A stretch of DNA of 37,252 nucleotides. It comes from Patescibacteria group bacterium. GTDB taxonomy: Bacteria > Patescibacteriota > Microgenomatia > Levybacterales > UBA12049. Below the pieces are notes generated by a model. It did no database searches. It saw only the letters and a list, made by a program, of their open reading frames with translations, and was not told the origin of the DNA. Position 1 is the first letter of the stretch. Every line of letters starts with the position of its first letter. The position numbers and the translations under genes were made by a program. Positions 17,032 to 23,675 of the stretch are shown here, in pieces. The stretch spans positions 1 through 37,252 of the forward strand of contig JBBUBI010000028.1 in the NCBI GenBank assembly GCA_038058335.1. Direction: 5' to 3'.

Positions 17032-17700
17032 TTATGGACAGTATTGGCTAAGTGCTACATTCAATTGAGCTATATAGGATTGAGAAGAATATGCAGATAC
17101 GCAGTTATTTAATGAAGCATTAAATTTAACCGAGCATGTATCAAGACAGGCTTTATATTCATCTTGAATTACCATGCACTCATCCCATTGTTCAGTTAAA
17201 TAGAGATTGTCACAGTTATATTGCAGTTTGCAAGTATCATCACAAGTACGTGCTGTAAAGTTGACTGCATCAGAACAAATTTTAAATAGCCCCTGCGTTG
17301 TTTCTATTTGGGCATCCAAGTTAGTTACTGTGTTTGCCCCATCTTCATAACAATAATATGTTCCATTATTATACTTAACCGTCACAGCCACTTTATTTTT
17401 TTGGGGTTGCTGAATAGTTGGCTGAATTTGAAAAGTTGTGGATTTGGTTGGAGTAGGAGACGAAACGACTGGTTTATTGTTATTGGTTATTATTGTTGAT
17501 TTAATGGTAGGAGATGATGACAGGGTTGGAGAAACTAATGTTGTCTTTACCCCTTTTACATTGCTTTCTTTCTTAACTGAAGTGGACTTATTTAATAGAA
17601 GATATTGCGAGAAAACAATAGCTCCAATTGTCATGATAAGTACTCCGCATGCAATTACTATCTTTGTCTTGTAAGTGTTTGATAATAATTTAATTTTCAT
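17032..17700 (-). CDS. secreted or anchored Cys-rich hypothetical protein
   Basis: I prefer ATG 17700 (MKIKLLSNTYKTKIVIACGVLIMTIGAIVF...), because the longer ORF-track start overlaps the upstream gene. Ser/Thr/Pro linker followed by a C-terminal domain with about 11 Cys. Confidence 0.55.
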   Translation of the reverse strand: MKIKLLSNTYKTKIVIACGVLIMTIGAIVFSQYLLLNKSTSVKKESNVKGVKTTLVSPTLSSSPTIKSTIITNNNKPVVSSPTPTKSTTFQIQPTIQQPQKNKVAVTVKYNNGTYYCYEDGANTVTNLDAQIETTQGLFKICSDAVNFTARTCDDTCKLQYNCDNLYLTEQWDECMVIQDEYKACLDTCSVKFNASLNNCVSAYSSQSYIAQLNVALSQYCP

Positions 17701-17701
17701 A

Positions 17702-17896
17702 TTACCTTTCCAAAGCGTTCTTAATATCAAGCAAATAGTCCGTTGAGGCAGTAGAATAATGTGTATCGCTATATATCTCTTTGAGAGTGCCATTGATAAT
17801 ATAAAGCGCTACGAGAATTGCCATAAGTGCGCTAAATATAGCCCATAAAGCAAATGAATTATGGTTTTTACCATCCTCTTGTTCAAAATCTTCCAT
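17702..17896 (-). CDS. small single-TM hypothetical protein
   Basis: 64-aa ORF with TM segment FALWAIFSALMAILVALYII. Its stop abuts the next start. Confidence 0.45.
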   Translation of the reverse strand: MEDFEQEDGKNHNSFALWAIFSALMAILVALYIINGTLKEIYSDTHYSTASTDYLLDIKNALER

Positions 17897-17959
17897 ATTG
17901 TCTATATAGTGTTAAACAAAAATTCCTATCTGCATTATATTTTTTCTCAAAATCTACAC

Positions 17960-18592
17960 TTATTTTTTTAATACTTTCCAAGCTCTATTAAGCCATTCCA
18001 ATGTATACGTTTTACCAAAAATTACATATAGGAGAGTTTCATAAATGAGGCTCACTGATACATAAACCCCCGAAAGACCTAAGACCAATATCCAAAAAAC
18101 TGTTTGCCAGCTTCCGTTAGTTGAATTTACAACATTTGGAGAATAAATGCCCCCAGGATACTGAGCTTTTACATTGCTTATGATAATACCCCTGTTTTCG
18201 TTATTGTTAATAAACCATTCCTTGTCAAAATCGCTATAAACTTCCGCCTTCTCATAAAATCTTGCAGTTCCCTCTTTACCATAGCGGTATTTCAAGCCTC
18301 TTCCTATTTCTTCTTCACAAATATAGTTAGCTTTTTCAGTAAAATTTATTAAATTTAAGTTATAACTATTTGGTATTTTTCTAATATATTCATCAACAGC
18401 ATCGTAGGTTAAAGTTTTATTGCTGGGAAAGCATGTTATATAGCTTCTGCTGTCATCAAGATAATCATAGGGTTTATATATCCATGCTGCTATACCAACG
18501 ATTGCAACTAGTAATAGAAATGCGGTTATATAAGCCACTTTTATAAACCTAAATAATATATTTCCCTCTAAATTGTTCTGGTTTAATTTCAC
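17960..18592 (-). CDS. hypothetical two-TM membrane protein
   Basis: 210-aa ORF with a GTG start and N- and C-terminal TM segments. Very AT-rich. Confidence 0.5.
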   Translation of the reverse strand: MKLNQNNLEGNILFRFIKVAYITAFLLLVAIVGIAAWIYKPYDYLDDSRSYITCFPSNKTLTYDAVDEYIRKIPNSYNLNLINFTEKANYICEEEIGRGLKYRYGKEGTARFYEKAEVYSDFDKEWFINNNENRGIIISNVKAQYPGGIYSPNVVNSTNGSWQTVFWILVLGLSGVYVSVSLIYETLLYVIFGKTYTLEWLNRAWKVLKK

Positions 18593-18598
18593 TATGGG

Positions 18599-18604
18599 AT
18601 TATA
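18599..18604 (-). promoter_or_regulatory. -10 box TATAAT; leaderless geometry for the 18592 ORF
   Basis: Minus-strand TATAAT, with 6 nt to the G of GTG at 18592. Confidence 0.4.
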
Positions 18605-18701
18605 GTCTATTTATATAACGATTGCAAGTATAAATATGAGGCTAAAAATCAAATCAATCGTATGGTTTTTGTTTGACTGATAATTTACCCTCAAATATAC
18701 G

Positions 18702-18917
18702 ATGGGATATAAAATCAATCAACAGTTGGGAGAAAAGATAGCAAGAGAGCGGAAAAGACGAAATATGACGCAAGAAGAACTTGCTGCAAAAGTAAAAGTA
18801 CAAACTGCAACGATTAGCAATATCGAACGAGGGGAAACAGATACTTCCGTTTATACCATATATAAAATTGCTGAAGCGCTAAAAATGCACATCAAAGAAC
18901 TTTTTACTTTTCGCTAG
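18702..18917 (+). CDS. XRE-family HTH regulator
   Basis: ...RKRRNMTQEELAAKVKVQTATISNIERGETDTSVYTIYKIAEAL.... Confidence 0.8.
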   Translation: MGYKINQQLGEKIARERKRRNMTQEELAAKVKVQTATISNIERGETDTSVYTIYKIAEALKMHIKELFTFR

Positions 18918-18988
18918 TTATTTTCTACAAACTTCATTTTGTGTAAATTTTCTTAGATTTTGAGGTTGACTTGAAGCTATTTAGGCTA

Positions 18989-19018
18989 TTGACAATAAAT
19001 TAGATACTGGGTTATAAA
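18989..19018 (+). promoter_or_regulatory. promoter-like element TTGACA-N18-TATAAA in a convergent intergenic region
   Basis: TTGACA at 18989..18994 and TATAAA at 19013..19018. It points into the hairpin at 19031 and then antisense into the DUF3800-like gene. Confidence 0.35.
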
Positions 19019-19030
19019 TAGATTATAGAC

Positions 19031-19064
19031 AAGGGGACTAGGGCTTTCCTGGGCCCCTTTTCTT
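19031..19064 (+). terminator. GC-rich hairpin plus T-run (terminator for the XRE gene, possibly bidirectional)
   Basis: aagggg (19031..19036) pairs with cccctt (19054..19059), with further inner pairs (C38-G52, T39-G51, A40-T50, G41-C49, G42-C48). The run then reads ttttctt. Confidence 0.55.
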
Positions 19065-19812
19065 ATGGGAAAATTTTGAGTCCATAATTTAGAAATTGCC
19101 TACTTCTGGGACCTTTGTGGATTTTCTTTTCAATAATATCAAAAGCTTTGTTTTCTTGAGTTTTATCAAGTACCCATCTTCCAATAGGATAAGCGACTAA
19201 GTCTGCTATCTGCATACCAATGATATTTTGCACTTTTTGATTAAATGATAAATCTACAAGTTTGGATTGAATTTCATCCTTTTTAAATAATTGATGATCA
19301 GTGTTTCTAAATTCTTCATAAACCTCTGCTAATTTTTCGTCATTGTGAGTTTGTCTCGATTCAATACGGAAAATCATCTTTCCCCCACTTCTGCCGAGAT
19401 ACATCACTGATCGTTCAAGAATAAATTGCAAACATAAATGATATGGATTTCCCGGGGAAACATACTGATTCTTTAAATTATTTTTCTCTATAACAGCAGA
19501 GATTATTGTAAAATCAAGCTTCTCCATCAAAACATCTAAATCCTTGTAAAATGCTTTTCTTTTCTTCATATCTACTAGGCAGGAGAAATCCTTTTTCTGT
19601 TTTCTAATATCATAGGATCGTAAGATGATATTTGTTTTCCCAAAATGTTTAATTTTGAGTTCATTCGCCTCTGGCTCAACAACTTTAGAATAATAATCAA
19701 AATCAAAAATACAGCCAGCTAATACGAACATGGGGTATGAAGAGTCAATTTTATCAAGACTATGGTCTCCCGATTCGTCCAAAAACATTACGTACATAAT
19801 GATAAGTAGCAT
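19063..19812 (-). CDS. DUF3800-like protein
   Basis: The N-terminal ...MFLDESGDH... motif resembles the conserved DESG start of DUF3800. The true start may be ATG 19797 or 19788 rather than 19812. Confidence 0.6.
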   Translation of the reverse strand: MLLIIMYVMFLDESGDHSLDKIDSSYPMFVLAGCIFDFDYYSKVVEPEANELKIKHFGKTNIILRSYDIRKQKKDFSCLVDMKKRKAFYKDLDVLMEKLDFTIISAVIEKNNLKNQYVSPGNPYHLCLQFILERSVMYLGRSGGKMIFRIESRQTHNDEKLAEVYEEFRNTDHQLFKKDEIQSKLVDLSFNQKVQNIIGMQIADLVAYPIGRWVLDKTQENKAFDIIEKKIHKGPRSRQFLNYGLKIFP

Positions 19813-19927
19813 ACCATATTTATCGCTTGTATTAAATTGTTAAGCTTTTGACAAAGCAGGCTAAATCTTGAATGCTGTGTCATATTGAGTAGAATTGTGA
19901 AAACGCTAGCCTTAACCTCTCAAAATC

Positions 19928-19936
19928 TGTTATAAT
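19928..19936 (+). promoter_or_regulatory. extended -10 box (TGTTATAAT) upstream of trigger factor
   Basis: Perfect TGnTATAAT. It lies about 35 nt upstream of ATG 19971. Confidence 0.45.
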
Positions 19937-19970
19937 CGGTTCAATCTGCACATCATTGAGTGCACTAAAT

Positions 19971-20798
19971 ATGGAGTCAACAATAACACGCGAGGATGAT
20001 GGAACTATAATACTAAATATTAGTATCCCTCAGACACTTATTAAGAAAACTACCGCTGAAATAGTAGATCAGACAGTAAAGAGCGCAAATGTACCCGGTT
20101 TTAGAAAAGGTAAAGCTCCAAAAAAGATTGTTTCTGAACGAATTGATAAGGAAAAAATAAAAGAAGAAGTTCTTAAGAAACTTTTGCCGGAGTCTTATGC
20201 AAACGCCGTAAAAAAGCATGATATCAAGCCAATAATAAACCCCAGAATTCACGTAGAAGAATTGGCTGATGATAAAGACTGGAAATTTACCGCTTCAGTC
20301 TGTGAAGCCCCTAGAATTGATCTAAACGGCTACAAAGAAAATATTAAAAAAATTACTGCAAAAAGCAAGATTATTATCCCCGGCAAGGAGAAACAAGAAC
20401 CATCGCTTGATGAAATAATCGGAGAGTTACAAAAAAGCGTTAAGGTAAATATTTCAAAAATAATCGTAGAACAAGAAGTTGAGAGACTTCTGGCACAGAT
20501 GCTCGATGAGATAAAAAGACTTGGACTTACACTTGACCAATATCTTGCCTCAACCAAAAAAACCGTAGAAGACCTTAAAAAAGACTTTGAAGAAAAAGCC
20601 ACACGCGACATTTCACTAGAATTTACGCTTCAAAAAATTGCGGAAGAGGAAAAAGTTACAGTAGAAGAGACTGAAATTCAAGAGGCGATAAATAAAGCTA
20701 AGGATGAGGCTGAGAAGAAAAATCTCGAAACCAACAGATATCTTCTGGCTAGTATAATAAGGCAACAGAAGACGCTTGATTTTCTTAAGAATTTGTGA
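19971..20798 (+). CDS. tig: trigger factor, short form without an obvious PPIase domain
   Basis: Ribosome-binding signature GFRKGKAP in the N-terminal domain, then a helical C-terminal-like region. About 275 aa in total. I prefer ATG 19971 over the TTG at 19956. Confidence 0.75.
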   Translation: MESTITREDDGTIILNISIPQTLIKKTTAEIVDQTVKSANVPGFRKGKAPKKIVSERIDKEKIKEEVLKKLLPESYANAVKKHDIKPIINPRIHVEELADDKDWKFTASVCEAPRIDLNGYKENIKKITAKSKIIIPGKEKQEPSLDEIIGELQKSVKVNISKIIVEQEVERLLAQMLDEIKRLGLTLDQYLASTKKTVEDLKKDFEEKATRDISLEFTLQKIAEEEKVTVEETEIQEAINKAKDEAEKKNLETNRYLLASIIRQQKTLDFLKNL

Positions 20799-20815
20799 TA
20801 GTTTAAGCTACTGAA

Positions 20816-21457
20816 ATGAATACTCCTATCAAAACAAAGAAAAAGCAAGGTTTCGCAAATCAAAATCCTCTTGAAATAGTAAAAGGGCTTGGCTCAAGTG
20901 TGGCAAGCTCGTTTGTTGACGATCTAGGAAAAGGAGGCATTAACAATGCCTGGAATGACCTCCTGGGAATAGGGGAGAGGGGAGAATCTCAAAACAAATT
21001 CAGCGGTGACCTCTCAGAAGGACAAGAGCTCAAATTGAACAAAAAAGATAAAAAATCTGAGCACAATACAGCAGCGCCTGCGATAGACTATCACAGAGAA
21101 ATTGCCGAATCGGACAGAATTGCATCAAATGAAAATCAACAGGTAATGCAATCCCAAATTCAGGAGATTCTATTTGAGCTTAAAAAAATAACCGAAGCCT
21201 CAGCAGAAATGGCTATGGAATTTAAGGAAGTTACTATAGAGCAACGGATCGAAAATCCAGGTGAGTATCATGTAAACTTTTTCCAATGGATGCTGTCAGT
21301 CGTAAGAGCTGCAAGAGCAAAAATAGAAGATTCAGGCGCTTGGCTTAATACAATGAAGAGTAAGAAGGGACAAAGAAATTATTGGTCAATGTTTAAGAAA
21401 CACGGAACTACTTTTGGACTTTCAAATGAGCGCGTCGTGGCTACTCAGGCAGGATAA
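20816..21457 (+). CDS. hypothetical protein
   Basis: 213-aa ORF with no motif I recognise. A TAAGCT box ends 6 nt upstream of the ATG. Confidence 0.55.
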   Translation: MNTPIKTKKKQGFANQNPLEIVKGLGSSVASSFVDDLGKGGINNAWNDLLGIGERGESQNKFSGDLSEGQELKLNKKDKKSEHNTAAPAIDYHREIAESDRIASNENQQVMQSQIQEILFELKKITEASAEMAMEFKEVTIEQRIENPGEYHVNFFQWMLSVVRAARAKIEDSGAWLNTMKSKKGQRNYWSMFKKHGTTFGLSNERVVATQAG

Positions 21458-21495
21458 ATCCTCTTAACCGAATTCCATGGAAGATCCAACTGGCC

Positions 21496-23028
21496 TCAGC
21501 TAGTTGTTTGTAAATCGAAGTAACTAACTGCTTCGTGAGTAGATAGATCTTTGCGAATTTCCAGAACTTGCTCAGGAGTTAACGACTCAATTTCCTCTTT
21601 GGACAAACCCTGCTCAACCATCTCCCGAGCTATAAAAGACATAATTCCTGACTTAACCTGACTGTAGTCTTTATCCCCGAATTTTTTCTCAAAATATGAA
21701 ATAGCAAGATCAAAATATCCTTTTTTGGCTAGGCGTTTAATACCATCCTCATATAATTCGTAAGACGTCCCAAAAAAATCATCGATCTCATCATAATCCT
21801 CATGAAATCTATCAATCGCATTAAAAGCCTCTACATATCCGTGTTCACCGACAAGTCCTACGTCTTCTACCGCATCAGAAATAGCGAATAGAATTTCTGC
21901 TTTTTGATCGTCCTCCAACTCGGAGAAAGCATTTCTTGTATCGAGCATAATCCCAGAATTTTCTCCTAATTTTCCAGATTTTTTCATCGCAATAAAGATA
22001 GAGGGATATATTTTTTCATAAAACTCGTCATCGTAGATTTCTGGAATTTCTGATATTTTATCAATTGTTGGTTGGGGATTTATTCCCTCATCCGCTTCTT
22101 TAACTGCCTTTGCCGCAAGTGCCTGTGCATACGCTATTTTAGAGCTCATTGCCCACGCAGTTTTTGCTGCGCCTTCTATATTACCCAGGTTAATCTGTTC
22201 ATCGAATACCTTCCCTAATGTTTCCCTGATTTCTCTATACTTATAATCCATTCTTATTTTCCAAGGAATATTTTTATCAGACGCAGAACCACTTTCTAAA
22301 TCAAACTGATTAATTAATCTTACAGCATCATCAAGATATCCACAGGAAATATAAGCTTCTGCCAATTGTTTCTGAACACTATTATCGCTCGTGCCCCATT
22401 GTCGTATTCCCTCTGCTTTTCTTATTTCTTCTTCTGCCTTTTCAAATGCGATTCCTGGATTAAGGTTTGCTTTGTGTAAAACTCTTGCAATTCTTCCATA
22501 CTGTATAACTTTCAGAAAAAAATTATTGCCGTCGCGGGGAATATTCTTCGAAATTCTATCCATTGCTTCTTCCAAAATTTGCGTAGGATTTTCTCCTTGG
22601 CTTATTAAGGTCTCTCCCGCATATATATACGCTGATGTTGCCCAAAGTGAGTCGTCTGATTCGGGACGAGGAAGAAGCCCCCTCATTTCATCAAAATCTC
22701 CCAACATTCCATAAACGTTTGCTAAGCTTATACTTGCGCTGTCTTGATATCTTCTTTCATTAGGCAATTTATCCTTAGCCCTAATCATAGGTTCAAGTAC
22801 TGATTCCGGAGATATACTTACTTCTGTCATATTCCCTGCTACTTCTAGCAAAGCATTTATTGCCTCATCTATTCTTGTCGTTTCAGCAACTCCTATTGCC
22901 TTTTGAAACAGAACTCTCCCTTTGTGAGCAAGGATTATTCTTTCGGCTAGGGTCGGCTCTGGAGAGATCCTTTGAGAAGTTTCTAAAATACCAATTATGG
23001 GAATGCGTCTATCTGCCTCTTGGCTCAT
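21496..23028 (-). CDS. hypothetical acidic, all-helical (repeat-like) cytoplasmic protein
   Basis: 510-aa ORF with no TM segment and no recognisable catalytic motif. Confidence 0.6.
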   Translation of the reverse strand: MSQEADRRIPIIGILETSQRISPEPTLAERIILAHKGRVLFQKAIGVAETTRIDEAINALLEVAGNMTEVSISPESVLEPMIRAKDKLPNERRYQDSASISLANVYGMLGDFDEMRGLLPRPESDDSLWATSAYIYAGETLISQGENPTQILEEAMDRISKNIPRDGNNFFLKVIQYGRIARVLHKANLNPGIAFEKAEEEIRKAEGIRQWGTSDNSVQKQLAEAYISCGYLDDAVRLINQFDLESGSASDKNIPWKIRMDYKYREIRETLGKVFDEQINLGNIEGAAKTAWAMSSKIAYAQALAAKAVKEADEGINPQPTIDKISEIPEIYDDEFYEKIYPSIFIAMKKSGKLGENSGIMLDTRNAFSELEDDQKAEILFAISDAVEDVGLVGEHGYVEAFNAIDRFHEDYDEIDDFFGTSYELYEDGIKRLAKKGYFDLAISYFEKKFGDKDYSQVKSGIMSFIAREMVEQGLSKEEIESLTPEQVLEIRKDLSTHEAVSYFDLQTTS

Positions 23029-23036
23029 TCCTAATC

Positions 23037-23064
23037 ATTATAATTTAATATTTGCTTTTGTCAA
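23037..23064 (-). promoter_or_regulatory. near-consensus promoter TTGACA-N16-TATAAT for the 510-aa gene
   Basis: Minus strand: TTGACA at 23064..23059 and TATAAT at 23042..23037, with 8 nt to the ATG at 23028. Confidence 0.55.
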
Positions 23065-23096
23065 ATTGAAAAAATGTTGTTTTAACAAAAGTATTT

Positions 23097-23105
23097 TGTT
23101 AAAAT
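23097..23105 (+). promoter_or_regulatory. extended -10 box (TGTTAAAAT) for the nested tRNA locus
   Basis: TAAAAT at 23100..23105. The predicted start near 23112 is 2 nt upstream of the outer tRNA-like 5' end at 23114. Confidence 0.45.
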
Positions 23106-23113
23106 CTCTAAGC

Positions 23114-23314
23114 GGATCCATAGCTCAGTTGGAACGGAAGTTTTCAAACTGAGTTCGCTTGCTTGACAAGCGTGGAGAGAGCGTTGCATAAATTTGGAGC
23201 TGTAGCTCAGTTGGTTAGAGCGCTTCATTGACATTGAAGAGGTCACAGGTTCGAATCCTGTCAGCTCCACTGACATTGCAAAGGTCAGTGGTTCGAATCC
23301 ACTTGGATCCACCA
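23114..23314 (+). tRNA. interrupted tRNA-Val(GAC)-like gene (outer) with encoded CCA
   Basis: - 5' half: GGATCCA TA GCTC [52-nt D-loop] GAGC G TTGCA, ending at 23188.
- Insert: 81 nt (23189..23269).
- 3' half: CTGACAT TGCAA AGGTC AGTGG TTCGAAT CCACT TGGATCC A CCA (23270..23314).
- All four stems are fully complementary across the interruption. Confidence 0.5.
23196..23269 (+). tRNA. tRNA-Val(GAC), intact (inner)
   Basis: GGAGCTG TA GCTC AGTTGGTTA GAGC G CTTCA TTGACAT TGAAG AGGTC ACAGG TTCGAAT CCTGT CAGCTCC A: 74 nt, canonical cloverleaf, no CCA encoded. Confidence 0.92.
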
Positions 23315-23421
23315 TAAACTCCGAGGTTTCCTAGGTGTCGATATAAATCCACCTCCCAGGTGGGATTGGTCATAATCCGGAATGTGATTCTAGCAAAACA
23401 TCTAGCTAATTACAATTTCTT

Positions 23422-23430
23422 TGATATACT
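23422..23430 (+). promoter_or_regulatory. extended -10 box (TGATATACT); leaderless geometry for the 23437 ORF
   Basis: Same 9-mer as upstream of tyrS. 6 nt to the G of GTG at 23437. Confidence 0.4.
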
Positions 23431-23436
23431 ATAGCT

Positions 23437-23667
23437 GTGACTAGATTTCAGCAGGCTACTAAAGCAGTCAGAGATATATTGATCAATAATTTTCTCGGAG
23501 GCCTTGCATGGGCAGTAGGAGTAACAATAGGATTTTCCCTTATTATTTTTCTTCTTACAACTGTACTTAAGAACGTAAATTGGATTCCCTTCATAGGCGA
23601 TTTTCTATCAAATCTCACAAGCTATGTACTTTCAAATTTACAAACCAATCCTCAATTGGTAAAATAG
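23437..23667 (+). CDS. small two-TM membrane protein
   Basis: 76-aa ORF with a GTG start and two hydrophobic segments. Confidence 0.5.
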   Translation: MTRFQQATKAVRDILINNFLGGLAWAVGVTIGFSLIIFLLTTVLKNVNWIPFIGDFLSNLTSYVLSNLQTNPQLVK

Positions 23668-23675
23668 TCCCTCAT

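Noticed and set aside
16937-19860. A tRNA-Leu-associated integrative island
   Set aside because: There is no integrase or recombinase gene, and I found no direct repeat of the tRNA 3' end at the far border (only a 7-nt cctctca match). It is kept as a low-confidence accessory patch, not a mobile element call.
23163-23194. TTGACA inside the expanded D-loop as a private promoter for the inner tRNA-Val
   Set aside because: The best -10-like words (CATAAA, ATAAAT, TAAATT) lie 18-20 nt downstream and end 1-4 nt before the inner tRNA 5' end. The predicted start would therefore fall inside the mature tRNA.
23114-23314. The outer tRNA-like element as a tmRNA (two-piece or permuted), or the insert as a group I intron
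   Set aside because: - The acceptor stem has A3:U70 rather than the G3:U70 of the tmRNA tRNA-like domain.
- A full anticodon arm is present.
- No tag ORF is visible.
- The 81-nt insert is itself a tRNA and is far too short for a group I intron.
23082-23315. ORF 23082..23315 (-), and ORF 16927..17112 (+)
   Set aside because: Both overlap tRNA genes: the nested Val locus and tRNA-Leu(TAG). The reading frames are spurious.
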